Of a stretch of 64,000 nt of DNA, positions 14,675 through 29,490 are shown in pieces; position 1 is the first letter of the stretch; the number at the start of each line of letters is the position of its first letter. The position numbers and the translations under genes were made by a program. A model generated the notes under the pieces. The model did no database searches and was not told where the DNA came from. It saw only the letters and a list, made by a program, of their open reading frames with translations. Origin of the DNA: Euprymna scolopes. Lineage: Eukaryota. The stretch lies in NCBI GenBank assembly GCA_053919585.1, contig JBSSHM010000070.1; one strand, given 5' to 3'.

Positions 14675-15748
14675 GTGCTTGTTCAGTATACACATCGTAC
14701 TATATTTTAGATATTGTTTGCAAGTCAAATACTTATGTTATGTTTTTTTTCATTACATACTTGGTGAAAATGCAGAATAGTGTGAAAGACTCCAACGTTA
14801 TTAACGTCATTTTAAATAATAACGAAGTTATTACAACATGGTGCATTACCAAAATAATAACAAAAGCAATATTTATGAGATACAACACGAGAAATACGTT
14901 TACTAAAATTTTATGTACTCTTAATTTTTAGTACACAAAAACTTTAAGTTAAACTGATTAGTAAATGAATTTTTAAGATTGGTTTCTGTGTCTCAAGAGA
15001 GTATATTTTCTATTTCATTTTCTATTTCTGTCATGTAAATCATTTACAGTAAAAGTGTTATAAACAAAAAAATATAATCTGTAACAGTTTTTAAAATATT
15101 TCTAAAATAAGAAAGTGCGGCTGGTGCTAAAATACTGAATTCATCCGTCGTTTTAGTTAAAATAAAACACCAACACAAAATGAACTATTAAAAAATACTT
15201 CTAACGTTTAGTAGTTGAATAAAAATGCTGTACATATTATTTGAACACCGGGCTGGAAAATATTATGATATAAAATTATTTTATTTTGCAGTTTATAAAT
15301 AAATAACCTTCAAAAACAAGTTACATTACTGTCATATCTGTTTAGATTAAAAGCATATCTCCGATTTTGCAATTATACTAATTACAAATACATAATTACT
15401 CAATTTTATATTGGTCCCTCTCTTTCGGAGAAGAAAATAAACGAACATTTAAACTAACCTCGAAAAATGTCCAACGCCAAACTCTAAGGCAACAGAAAGT
15501 ATTTTTTATGCCTACTAGCATAATCACGAGGTTAGGCACCCTTTACCTACTCCTCGCTTTAGCAATGACGTTACGCTGACATGTACGCTTGCTTCTCTTC
15601 TATATGTTGGTAACTGTGATACACCTCCTTTTTAACGTTGTTGTTTAATGATTTCTCAGTACCCGTCTAGTGAATGTTATTAGCTTCCTAATCTTCTTTT
15701 CTATATTTTCTTTTTTCATTTTTCTTTCTTTTTTCTCCTGCCCTCCTT

Positions 15749-16023
15749 CGGTCCTGGATATGTCCTTAAACTATATCCGATGGTAAGGCCCCCAGCTTGA
15801 AGGCATTAGGGAGTGTGGATCCACCCTTTTATTGCCATTGATCCCAGGTCCACTCGGACCCGGAGTGGCAGCACCTGTTAGGATCCAAACTATGGTTTAA
15901 ATAGAATACGAATTAAAAAACAAATACACTATATTAAAAAATCGTTCTTCAAAATCACCAGATTCGGCATTAAATAACCTGAAAAGGGTTGATATGCCGT
16001 AAAACAAAACAACCAACCAAACA
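15749..16023 (+). mobile_element. SINE-like retroposed insert with an (AACC)n-type tail and a 13-bp TSD
   Basis: TCCTGCCCTCCTT occurs at both 15736-15748 and 16024-16036. The insert ends in aaaacaaaacaaccaaccaaaca and has no ORF. Confidence 0.8.
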
Positions 16024-16368
16024 TCCTGCCCTCCTTTGTATGTTTGCGGTATATTTGTTACATGACCTCTTCCTGTTGCTTCTTCTAATTTCCTTATATT
16101 TTATAAATTCAATTATTTCTTGCTTCTTTATTTAAAATTGGTTTCTTCTGTAGTTTTAAATCCCTTGACGAGGATACTTGAAGTAAACCATTACGATCCA
16201 TCTTAAACATAAGCATTCTAGTGCCGCGAGATTGCTAATGTGTTCCTATGAATGGCATATGTAATGCTTTACTTTTAATGAGTTCTTCTAATAACATGAA
16301 AAATGAATTAGTTATCACATTTAATACCACCTACATAATATATGAAGTAATATCTACCTATCTATCCA

Positions 16369-16423
<55 letters not shown>

Positions 16424-17127
16424 TAAGAGCCCACAGCAACTGATTGCCCTTTTCAAATTTAATGTACTGTTAATAATATGAATAATTATGAATGATGACC
16501 TCTGGGTACTATCACTTGAGTTAATTTTAAACGTGTTTGTAAATTATTGAGATATGAGGGAAATATGTTTTAGTTATTTTAGTCATTATATTTTTACGCA
16601 GATTATTAAAATATTCGAAGTACAAGTTTGGTGACTATTTCGGAATGTAAAGCGCTGTACGTGTTCCCGCTTATCTCGGCATTGTTTGCAGACGTCCCGA
16701 ACCTCCAGTTGAAACTGGTATTCAACAACGTCGGTATTCATAGTCTGTCAAGAGTGGAGAAAGCGTCCNNNNNNNNNNNNNNNNNNNNNNNNNNNNNNNN
16801 NNNNNNNNNNNNNNNNNNNNNNNNNNNNNNNNNNNNNNNNNNNNNNNNNNNNNNNNNNNNNNNNNNNNNNNNNNNNNNNNNNNNNNNNNNNNNNNNNNNN
16901 NNNNNNNNNNNNNNNNNNNNNNNNNNNNNNGTGATGTGAAATAGCCAATTTATAGTTTGAATCTCATTACCTTATTTATAGGGCAGGCACCTTGGACTTT
17001 ACCGCGCAATTTGGAACTAAACCTTTATATCATTTTTTTCAATTTCCCCTGGTGTGTGACTTCTATTTAATCAATTTTTGATTATAATTTCCCATGTCTA
17101 ACTGACTTTAGCAAAAAGGGTGACTAC

Positions 17128-17175
17128 CATTCTCTGAAGAGATGGTAGGCATCGAAACCTTATAGGATAAGGAGA
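17128..17175 (+). ncRNA. Degenerate minimal hammerhead ribozyme candidate
   Basis: ttct-CTGAAGA-GATG(gtagg)CATC-GAAA-CCT(tat)AGG-ATA-agga. The core and stem II are perfect, but stem III is out of register by 1 nt. Confidence 0.45.
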
Positions 17176-19181
17176 TAGAATTTCTAAAATATTCTTTGAC
17201 TTACTAATAAATAAAAAAATCATAATTCGAATAAATATTTTTNNNNNNNNNNNNNNNNNNNNNNNNNNNNNNNNNNNNNNNNNNNNNNNNNNNNNNNNNN
17301 NNNNNNNNNNNNNNNNNNNNNNNNNNNNNNNNNNNNNNNNNNNNNNNNNNNNNNNNNNNNNNNNNNNNNNNNNNNNNNNNNNNNNNNNNNNNNNNNNNNN
17401 NNNNNNNNNNNNNNNNNNNNNNNNNNNNNNNNNNNNNNNNNNNNNNNNNNNNNNNNNNNNNNNNNNNNNNNNNNNNNNNNNNNNNNNNNNNNNNNNNNNN
17501 NNNNNNNNNNNNNGGTGGTCGCTGTTCATCATAAATTTTGCATTTTGTATTTTTGGTACGTGCTTATTTTTTAATTGGTTTGCAAACGTTAGCTTTCCGG
17601 TACGAAAGGTTTTTGCGCATATTGTGGTTCATTTGAGTTGTTTTTTTTGGTATCAGGTGTTGTTATCAGTACTAAAATATGTGCACATTTATTTTGGTTC
17701 TTATAATAAGCTGTGCTGGTAATCTAATATCAAGAAACGCATATTATATTCAGATCTATCGCTGCAAATCCGTGCTTACATTTTATTATCCACTTCTTTA
17801 CTATGTGATAATGCTCAACTGGGGCGTTAAAAATCAACAAGAGGCAACCTTACCCATTGGTCATACTTTATAATTAATGTATTTGTTGTTTTGAATTTTT
17901 ATTTATTTTATTTTATGAGTTGTACTATCTAAATGAAAAAAAGAACGAATTATTTTTTTATACGGATGTTTCTTTCGGGGCGTTATATATATATGTATTT
18001 TCTTTCATTTTAAAAAACTATATTTGATTTACTGGCATTGTTGTTTCTGTGTGCGAGTTTTCTTCTCTGCTTTCTATAACGATTTAGCATAAGAAACTAC
18101 AACATAGAGAAATTGCCATGATAAAAATGTCGGCTGTATATAAGTTATAAAGTTGCGTATACTATAAAAAACATACCGCTGTTTCTTAGAAAATATTGTA
18201 CGACCGATCTATATTGAAATGTATTCGATTACAAATGTAAAAATAAAATTATGAATGCCGTTTTAAAAGCGAAGAGCGATTTTAGTACTCATATAATAAG
18301 TGTTGATGCCTCAATTTTTATTATTAGATGTACAATAAACAGTAGTTTTTATTTTCATATTTTCCTATGAGCTTGTTCAGAATTTGCAAAAAATGGCAAA
18401 AACATGTTTTATGTATCAAACTAATAAAATCAATTGGTGTGCGTCTTTTAATAAATGTGCTTTAAGATATGAACATATAAATGCTATCATAAACTGATCT
18501 CTTTTTTATTATATTAAGTGTGTATTCTGTTAATGTATGAAATAAAATAAGTTCTTTTTTATAGAGATGAGCTCATTATAGTTACTGCAATGCTCCATAC
18601 CATTTATTTTAAAGTTTGTAATACACTGTTAAAAGTGCTAAGATAAACATCAGAGCGATAACGTGGCACATTAGGAACATCGATATGCTGGCTTATCTAA
18701 GCGATATTGATGTAACAAATGCGCAATGTTTACTCCCTAGTTTTGTGGTGTGTACTATATTCCATGCAAAAGTAGACTAGAACCTATTAACATCTTTCTG
18801 ATCTAGTTTGTTGAAGAAATAACATTACCCTGATTTACTTAAACATAGAGTGACGATATAATGATGCAGATATGGTTATAATTAATTGATAATTATGTCA
18901 TTCCTATGAATGTGTTCTTCATAAACATAAAATCTAAAACGAAAATAAAACATCAGAAAACTATTGTTTCTATCATATCTGGCTAAATTAATAACCTATA
19001 AGCTTATATCAGTTCTAGCAAAAAATTCCAGGTTAACTTGTAATTTTAATTGAACAAAGAACAGAGGATGGAATATGTGCGTTTACAAAGGGGTTTATGA
19101 AAACTCCATATCTTGCAATATTATTGTTCGGATTGACATAGTTACATGTGAAAATCTTCTTAAACGAATATTAGTTTAATA

Positions 19182-19231
<50 letters not shown>

Positions 19232-20906
19232 TTAATGTGTTTACCAATCTTCATATATTACATATATGAAAGCATTATAAATAAAACATGTAAAAATAAA
19301 AGAATATGTAAGGTCGATGTTTACATTAAAATGCACAAATGCGTCTATAGAAAGACATTTTACGCATTAATTAACCTAAATAGCAACATGTAATTAGCTT
19401 TTTGATCAGTGAGAAACGTTATCAAATTTCTTTAGAATTTTTTTGTGTTTTAGAGCTACATAAATTCTTTTAAAATACAAGACTTTCAATTAATACACCA
19501 ATGAGGCCTAGTTGACTCGAGTCTACGACTCCTCATTCTGTGCAATAATCTCTGAGGTGCAATTTCCTTCTATCACACGCGAAAATTAATCCAAAAAATG
19601 ATATATTGAAGAACATAATCTGGCTAGCAATTAATTTTATTCATTGATGTATTGTAATCTTTTCACTGACGCTTATTACAATACGAAATTTACCAAAAAT
19701 TAACTCTTTAGAACAACTTTCAATAATTTACGAGCAACATCCACTAACTGGGGTTGCCAGGTGAAAGGTAAAGTGATGTTATTCTTGTATGGTTGCTGTT
19801 ATTGCTACTGCTGCTTCCCACCCCCAACACCTCGTCAAGTGTGTAACGGCTTTCCGAATAGACACTCCTAACTCCTCATGATTATACCGGCTATCGGATT
19901 TAAAGACTCGGTGGATAGAGGTAATGTTGTAAGGATATTCAGTAACATCAAACCGTAAAAAATAAATAAAAACCATCTGTGATTGGAACAAGAAGATAAA
20001 TGGAACAAGTATGCAACCCGGGTCGAAAGGGGTGACAATAAAAATTAAAATAAGACTTAATTAATTTAACAATTAAAGTTGTGCTAATAGTGTCTGCTTA
20101 CTTACCGGTTCCAGCGACTAAAAATAGCTCGTCTCAATTTTTATTAAGAAGAATAATGTATTAAGGAAGGAAAAGTTAGAATCCTATCCACAAATCGCGG
20201 TATTTATCATTTATAACGTCTGTCATTTATTACTGCAACAATTGGTTTACATTATGTAGCGTATCACCGCAAGAATAATAACACTAAAATTTAAAATACC
20301 AACACATCTCAAAACAAACAAAACAAAAAAAAAAACAAGCAAAGAACAATCAAGTTTTTTTTCGTTTCGTTTGGATAATCAAAAAAGGAAAATAAACTGT
20401 CAGGATCAGATAATAAAAAAAAGAGAAAAATTGAACAAACAGTTTAAGTAATGCGTATTTATCGCAATCACACATGAAAAAAATAAACACGAAGATAAAT
20501 AACAGGGGAAATTATGACACGAACGACAAAATCACACAAACAAATTGTGTAAATGTTCAAACAAATCAATTCGTTGGATGGACCGAACGTAAAACCCATA
20601 GGTTCAAACGCGAATTCGGTATCCATTGTTCCACGTAGCCGTCATCGAAATAAGTCATCATTTGTGTAATTCTCTTTTAACAAATAACACTAGCCGCGCA
20701 TGAGTGATTGTTGAAAGGAACGATTCTTTGCGACCCCCTCTTACCTCGTTGTGTTTTAAAAAAGGAAAACAATTAAACACGTTATAATACATCTAGAAAA
20801 AAAACCCATCGAAAATGAAAACTCTTTCAGTAAGTGATTCGCGAACGTTCATGCAATTCCCTAACCCACCACTACATTCCCAATTTAACACTTTTAACGT
20901 TAGATG

Positions 20907-21691
20907 TGTAACCTAATCCCTTATTGAGGAGCGTTAGAACAACGCTGAGGTAGCTTTTGTATTCCCGGTTACGCCAGATTACTGAAGGATTTAAGATAGA
21001 GAAGATTAATATACATATTTTATTGCATGTCAAAATAGATATTGTTTGAAAACTAGAGAAATATATTTGTACGGCAAACATTTGACGACAGGAAATTCCA
21101 CTTAGAAGTTTTCTGGCCTTAAATGAATCCAGGTTGGGATGACAGAGTTGACATTTGTCCTTGAAAATGGTGAGAGAATTTCAGGTGTTGGAATGGTGCC
21201 TACCCAAGGGCCTGGGGCTTAGGATTTCGTTGAGATTTCGTGTCGAAATCTTATTGGCTGGGGAGAATTACTACCCAATCCACACAGTTTACTATATATA
21301 TACGACTGTCGGGCGAAAATTAGCCAGAGTTTCAGATCAGATTAAGTGGAGAGTTTCAGATCAGAGTAGAGTTCAGTCGCAGAGTAGAGCAGAGACGTGC
21401 CCCCTCTCCACCTCATCCATCTGTCGGTCGCTGTCTGTGAAGAAAGTTGAGACTTTGAAAAGAACTTACAAAATCTGAATGAGAATTGTAAAATCATTTT
21501 GTACATAATTTAAGAGAATTAAGCTTTTGTAGATATACTACAATCGTTTGTCTTTCTTCCAGCCTGCCGCTTCGATATTTGCTTCCAGCATACCAGATTT
21601 TATGTAACAGCCTCAGAGGAGTCTAGACGACACGTGCCGAGAATCCAGAATAATAAGAGCCGTTAACCACCTCCTCGAAGGAGGTGTTACA
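20907..21691 (+). mobile_element. Solo LTR, probably Gypsy-type
   Basis: It begins TGTAAC and ends GTTACA. A 4-bp TSD GATG lies at 20903-20906 and 21692-21695. A TATA-like tract near 21293 suggests + orientation. No gag/pol sequence is adjacent. Confidence 0.85.
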
Positions 21692-22158
21692 GATGCAATA
21701 TCCATGAATATTGACTTTCATCTACAGGGCTTAGTTTTTAGTTATCATCAAATTGCACACATTCTTTGTGGCCATAACCGAGAAATGGCTTGCCGAAATA
21801 ATTGTCTTGGTGATGGTCACAAGTAACTTGTTTAATTTAATAGAACTTTATTATTGTAAACATACACCGCCGGCAAAAATCATGAAAAATGTTTACTCTC
21901 TAATGGAGGTTACATAAACCTGATTAACATTAAAAATATTTAATCTCTAAGGTAGGTTACATAAACTTTATTTACGTCTAAATTGTGTAAAAAAGAGTAG
22001 GTTGTGGGATCAATGTATTATAAAAGAGGTATAGCTTATATATTTTGTGGAGATATGTGTTCTTTATTTCATAATTTTGTTTTGTTTATTGTATGAGAAT
22101 TAATTGCATTTTTCTAACATTTTATTAAAAATGATAAGGATAAAATGTAGTCGAGGAG

Positions 22159-22250
<92 letters not shown>

Positions 22251-23451
22251 TACTCGGACCTGTGGAGATACCGCATGAGCACATGAACTATGTAATATAT
22301 TGCTGGTGTGCATTCTGTAGACATTTAGCACGTATGGAATCGCCATTTTATTTCAGCCCTTTTGTTATAACTGTATAAACATAACAACTTGGATATATTG
22401 TCTGGGCTGATTATTTAGTTACAAACACATTAATAAAATAACTCACATTTACATGTTTTCCAAAATTCTTGGATATGTTCCAAATTTCGACAAACACTTT
22501 TGATAATTTTAACCCATATAACTATCCATAATTACTGAATTAGAAATTAATTCATGGATTAAAATTTCTAACGCTCGTATGTGTCATTAATTACTTTTCT
22601 CCACGGTACATATCTGCGCGACCGAAATATAACTTTCAGAGATTAAATTCAATAATTGTAAACATAACAATGCAATTCGAATTCCTTTTGATTGGCTGTA
22701 CAATATAAGCAGGTTTTGTCCACGGTGGTTTTAAACTCTTACGAGATGCATCTGTTTTCTTAATATTACACCAATTTTCTGCGGTCGTCTACTTTAATCC
22801 TCGATTTCACATTGACGTAAGCTAATTCATCGTTTTCTGAAAGACTATTACATTATAAACGAATACACACTGAGTTTTTTATGATTTACAAAAAGCTGGA
22901 GTAGCTTCTAATTGTAAACATATTTTCTATATTCAGTGATTTTAGCAGGTGTGGCTCTCATATTTAATTGATATTTAGTTTTAAAAAAGACCGATGCATA
23001 ATCATAATGTGCTGGTAACTGATAACTTCATCTCGTCTGCTACGCCCATAAATTTTCTTTTACTATTCGCCTAAACGGGTTTATTGGATTTCTGGTGATT
23101 TGCAGGAAAAATATCGAGTGCTGTGACGTGTGTTGTAAGAATAATGTGTGCAGCACTATTGTGATTCATCCAACGAGATATGTGGCACAGCAACACTGTA
23201 CTATTTCTCATCACTCTATTATTTACATCATAAATGCCTTGCTTGCTTAGAATCTGAATGTAACACTGTAAACACAAAGGTTGCTTAGAGTGTTCTCATT
23301 TATTTTAGAAGATACAATAATATCTAAATATATACATGTCTCTAAAATTACTTGACTAATTCCTAGATAGTATTCCCATCATTACAACTGCTAGTGCATT
23401 AAAAAACATAGTGTATTTTCATAAATTATATATATATATACATATATATGA

Positions 23452-23495
<44 letters not shown>

Positions 23496-23497
<2 letters not shown>

Positions 23498-24285
23498 CGT
23501 GGGCCTCATCTCTAATGAAGGCCAAGTGGCCACTCTAGGATAATGGGTAAAGAGCGCACAGTAGAAATTGGACAATATAGTAATCGACATTAATAGAAAT
23601 TCGGTAAATTTGGTAACTTATATCGAACGGCTCATCAAAAATTTGTTTACGTAAGACTTGAAGACTACCATATTGTAGTCAGCTGGAAAGCAGGAAAATG
23701 GAAGACAATTCCATAGCCGTGCAGTTCTAAGAAAGAAGCTTTGCTCATGGCATCTACGTTTAGGTTTTGTTACAGTTAAAGAGTAAGGGAAATAGTGATA
23801 GTCTTTTTTGTTAGACAGGTATTCCTTGTGAAAGTTTAGGAAGAGGGGATCCACAGATTGAAGTTAAGTTGACCACTCACAATGAAAATAAAGATAAGGC
23901 AGAGACAAACTCGCTACATCTCTTCGGTGAGAAAGAAGTTGCAGGGGAGAAAAATGGGCATCCCCTATGAGGCTACGAATTCTATTTTGAACTCTCTCAA
24001 TGCAGGATAAGTCATTTCTAGCAGCTCCTACCCAAATGTGGCAACAACACTCCATCTTCTGACGGACTTGGTGTTTTTATAGATAGGGAATAGCATCAGC
24101 AATGAGATATCTACTGGACCGATAGAAGGACCCCACCATTTTCCCAGCAGCCTTGTCAACGGATTTAATGTATGTGTTCCATTTATTATTTGGAGCAACT
24201 GTAAAGCCAAGAAGCTTGTCAAAATATAATGTCTTCCCAAGACGAGACCAATTCATTTCAATTGATACAATTTGGAGATCAAAGC
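23496..24285 (-). mobile_element. CR1-group LINE 3' fragment (decayed ORF2 C-terminus and 3' UTR)
   Basis: Frameshifted pieces MECCCHIWVGA..IERVQNR..LSHRRDVASL and SFFLRTARLWNCLP. Homologous to 53600-54410. Confidence 0.9.
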
Positions 24286-24311
24286 GTTAATTATATAGAG
24301 ATAAAAGCTTG

Positions 24312-24368
<57 letters not shown>

Positions 24369-24449
24369 CTATATATACATAGGCATATATATACATACAT
24401 ATGTTTGAATATGCATGCATGCGTATATTTATATGCATACAACCCCCCC

Positions 24450-24538
<89 letters not shown>

Positions 24539-24675
24539 TATGGGCTTGTCTTATGACGCATTCACAATGATTTTTAAAACGATAACTTTTAAAAAGCGAG
24601 TTTTTTTTTTTTAATAGAATAATTAATATAATTATACGTATATTGTTTAGAATAATATACATTAGTAGTATATAT

Positions 24676-25940
24676 TTTTTAAATTCAATTTTCACCCCAA
24701 ACAAGGCACAGTGCCACTTTGAAGCAGGGGCTACTATTAGGGAATTAATTAGCGGGGTCATTATGAGGGGATAAGAGTAGAAAGATGTGTGTTAACATTA
24801 CACTTGAACTTCTGCATATCATTGCAGTTGGGAAAGCAGAATCCCGGAAGGGAGTTCCAAAGACCCGCAGTTCTGGGGAATAAACTATTGGAGTAAAAGG
24901 TTTTCTTGCACCTAGGGATCTCCACTGTAAAGAGATGAGACTTAGTAGCTTGTCGGGTTTGTCGGGGGTAGTTACTTCGGGAGGTACAAGTGTTTGCAGT
25001 TCGTCAGAGCATTCACCATTATTTGTAGAACAGGCAGAGGGATTCAAAATCTCGTCGATGGGACAGAGGTTGAAGCCTAGATGACAGTTCAGGACCTATC
25101 AGGTTGGCGACTCTTTTTTGGACCCTGTCCAGGAGCGAGAGACAAGCAGCAGATGCGCCAGCCCAGATGTGACAACAGTACTCCATACATGGGCGAATGG
25201 TTGCCTTATAGAGGTATAGGATATTGTCAGGCATAAGTAGTTTTCTAGCACGGTAGAGGGAGCCAACCTTCCTTGCAGCAGCCTTGGCAATGCTCTCAAT
25301 GTATATATTCCAGTTCATATTCCCTGTAAACGTTAGGCCGAGGAGTTTAAAAAAAGTACTTTCAGGCAATGTGTTCTTGGACATTGCTATTGGTGATAGA
25401 GAAGGTTTCTTGTAGTTATTGAAGGAAACAAGCTTAATCTAAGCAGCATTGAATGTGACCAACCATTTTTGTCCCCATTTCACTACGGATTGGAGGTCGT
25501 CCTCTTGTGTTTCTGCCATTTCCTTGGATATGTGTTCATTTGTTTTCCCCTCATATCTGTTATAGAGAGTGGTGTCATCGGCAAATATACCCATCTCCGA
25601 AACAATATTATCAGGGAAGTCGTTTATGAATATCAGGAATAATAGAGGTCCAAGGATAGACCCCTGAGGTATTCCCGCATTTATGTCATATTGTTTGGAT
25701 GTATGTCCGTCGAGGACAGCTTTGATTTTTCTATTACTTAAGAAGGATTTAATTACATTATGAATTCTTCCAGTGATTCCATATGATCTAATTTTCCTTA
25801 GAAGACCATCGTGCCATACCCTGTCAAAAGCCTTAGATATATCAAGGGCAACCGCTCTACCCTCCACTGTTTTATCCAATGAACGGTATATACGTTCAGA
25901 AACTACAGTTAAGATATCTGCTGTTGAACGGGCTTGCCTG
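24676..25940 (-). mobile_element. CR1-group LINE, 5'-truncated, with reverse transcriptase pseudogene
   Basis: RT motifs ALDISKAFDRVWH, GIPQGSILGPLLF and FADDT. C-terminal MEYCCHIWAG. Stops and frameshifts are present. Confidence 0.93.
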
Positions 25941-28390
25941 AATAAATATGTTTGGATTATGTGTAGGTTAGAATAATTTTACGTGCCGGATAATTATATT
26001 TTAAATGTAAAAGTATATACAAAATATAGATTTTTACGTAGGCAAGTCATTACCATCCGAAATAAATTCATGTACGAACCGGCTGCATTTTTTCTTATAA
26101 TGGTGAGCAAAAGTTGATAGACGAACATTTGGCTATGTTTATCTCTTATATTGATGTTTCCTGTAAAACATTTGTACATAAATATACGCTTTACAAACCC
26201 ATTTTTTTTTAAATAGTTGAGGTTTACTAATTTTTTTTAGTTGAACATATCATAACATAAATTCTAATTTACGTTAAGATGTTGCCGCTTTTTAATATTA
26301 TAAAAAATTATATCATCTGCTCTAAAATAGATTGGGATCTATTTTATTGACGATTGTCTGATCAAAATTGATCTGTAAAGTATTGTTTAAATAATTCATT
26401 GACGGAAAATGTATAAAGCGGTAGACTCAAGGCGTATTGCATTTCTTACAGAATACTGCGCTATTTAATAATAACGTATGACTTTAAAAGTTGGCTATAA
26501 ATAAAGTATATAAACATTCTTATAATTAATACCTATTTTCGCACATCTTATTTGCGCTGTCCCTATGTGATCTTGCGAGTGGCCCACGTTACTTTCTAAG
26601 ATTATATTAAGAAGAAACGTTAATAAAAAGGATGTGTTAATTACTCATATCCAACGACTTGTCACACAGTTATCTGGGACAGATTATCATAGCAAAATTC
26701 TTAAGTAATATCGACATATCATTAATATATAATTTGGCTAAACCTGTTCATTGTATAATTATTTAAACAAATGTTTTGTTAATACTTACATAAATCTAAA
26801 GCCAACTGCTATTTTCTTTTAAACGCTTTATAATATTTAAAACACCAAAGAGTTTTTTTGTTTATATTGTTTTGATTGTTTTTCACTATTGTTCTTCTTC
26901 TCCTTGTGTTTTTTCACAATGTATCGTCTGATGGAACATCTGACCAGGTTAAGTGTTTCCGCTCTATGTTTTTTATGAATGGTGAAAAAATATTCGTATT
27001 GTCTTTCCCCAAGGAAAAAATACATTAGAAATTGCAAACACAAATAGCGTTCAGTTTATTTCCTTTCTATAAAATTATCCTTCGGTTTTTTGGAATTGTA
27101 GTTGGTATATTAATATAAAAATTCGTTTGACTGAAATTGTATAAATAGGATTATAATAACAAAACCAACATATTTACAAATAAGAACTATTATTCTCATT
27201 GTTGAAATTTACCATCTTCTTTATTTGTCGTTTATTTCCGTATAAACAAAGCAAAAGTAGTTTTCTAATACTAATGCGATGCAACTTGGCGCCATACTGA
27301 CTAATATAAAAAAAGACAGTTATTTTAAAGAATCAACGACAAACAAAAAAACCCACTTCTATTATTCTTCTGATTCTTGATGTGTAGTCATATGCATTTT
27401 TTTGAAATTATCCGCAATCTAATCGCTTGTTAATAAGTTTATTCCTGAGAATTACGTCCGGCAATTTGCTTTTAATTATGTATTTGATTTAATCATTAAT
27501 TATTTTAGATTTTGTTTTTTACTCAAACGCACATGCATATATTGTATATATTAATTATTTTACCTTTGCATTTCACAAATTATCGCAAAATATCTTACAC
27601 CTAATATCGATTATCTCTTCTCCATCACCGCAATTTTACACATGCATCGTAATTATATATTTATTTGTTCTGGATGTAAAAGTATCTGCTGACTGTATTA
27701 TCGATTTATTTGACCTAATGATATTTTTAAATAAGCATTTATGCTTTGCCCTTTTTGATCTTTTTCTGATAAATAAATATGTTGTAGTTTCTTTAATTTC
27801 TTTATAGATTTAATTGCTTTTATTAAAGATATACACGCTGTTTTCAATAAGAATGTAAATATGTATGTTCGTAGCAAAAGTTATAATCATTAACGTTTCC
27901 TAATTTTGTGATGAGGATTTTTTGTTTGTATTATTATTCATCGGAATACTGTTCATATTTGAGTGTGATTTTCACAAAGTTTCAGTCGATATAACCTCTG
28001 ACTTTCTTAAGTTGAACCTGCCCGAACTTGTGACTTTTTGCGTCGAACTCGGAACTTTGGTGGAATTTCGACTGGGAGTAGAGTGCTTTTCTTCCGTCAG
28101 CAATGCCTGGGTAGATGTACTAAGTAATTTGCAAATGTACTTTTCTGTCGCCCACAATAAGGATTGAACGTTCAGCCTTCAGGAGAATATCACTTTTAAA
28201 ATTGATTTTTCCCATTACTCTAACTACTGAGCCACGGGTCCTTCGGACAATTCTATTATAAATTTTATGAGCCTTAGACCTGTTTTATTTCTAGTTGTAA
28301 ATATCACTATTTATTACTATTTTTTATACGTATTAATGCATATCTATCTCTATACTTATTGCTTGTATATATTAATGTTTTTACTTATTA

Positions 28391-28431
<41 letters not shown>

Positions 28432-28489
28432 CCTATAATTACTGGTTCCTATATTCTATTGAATTTTATATTATGTATATTAGCAGTTA

Positions 28490-29490
28490 GTTAATCACCA
28501 CATATGTTCTGCTTCTTGCAGTCTTCTTACTATACACCGTTCCTCTCTGACTATAAGTTTTGCTTCATCCTCTAATGATAGATTGCTTTCCTTTTCTTTC
28601 CAGATATGGTCTACTATAACATACTTTTCATTTTCTTCACGAACTACAACGGACGACACGTTTCCCCACTGTATAGTTTTTAACATTTACATGGGAATTC
28701 ATATACACAGTTCTTAGTCATGATGTTTTCTGTTGGACTCTCACAAGTTGTTCCGGAGAGATCAATCATTCCTGAATACTGTCCTGGGATCATGTTAGTT
28801 ACATATTAGTTTATGTATTTCATTCAAGCCCATCCTATATGGTATACAAACTGTGGAGAGTTTCTGCGCTGTGTCCTTTTCTGTTTGGTCCATATTTACA
28901 GGAGGTTATTTCATGATCTTTGAATAGGCGTAAAAGGGAGGTTTTCTCGGAAACTGTCCATACCCTCTTGATATGCACTGACGTTACGACATATTAATTT
29001 TGCTCGATGTTGCAGGCAGCGGACGATTCCTTTCTTTGTGTTATAGTAATGGTGGGATTTGTAGTTTAGATACTGTCCAGTGGAAATTTGCTTTCAGTAC
29101 ACAGATAACATAAATCCCGTACCTGTTCCAGCAATCAGCACATCTAGGAAGGACACTTTATTGTAATTTCCTTTTTCAATAGTGCACCGTATAGGTAGAC
29201 GGAGTGAGTTCACATGATCTAGCAACGTTTGACCATCGTCCGGATAGTGGCAGAGTGTGAGTGTGCCATCTACATATCACAACCACACTGTCGGTTTTAG
29301 TGATGAGGATCTTAATGACATTTCCATAATGTATTCCATGTACGCATGTACCAGTACTGGGGGCAATAGTGATCCCACCACCAGACCTTCCTCTTGCAGA
29401 TATATATCAGGTCCCATTACAAAGTATGTAGATTCTACACAGAGGACAACATCTCCGTTATGTTGTCAATTGGAATGCAAGTGTCTTATT
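28490..29490 (-). mobile_element. Decayed Penelope-like element (RT and GIY-YIG remnants)
   Basis: Manual minus-strand translation gives LCVESTYF..YLQEEGLVVGSLLPPVLVHAYMEY..KPTVWL*YVDG..VSFLDVLI, then CVYEFPC and IVDHIW typical of the PLE endonuclease. Confidence 0.8.

Noticed and set aside
19779-19991. Coding exon in a GC-richer patch
   Set aside because: No recognisable motif in any frame read, and no clear splice boundaries.
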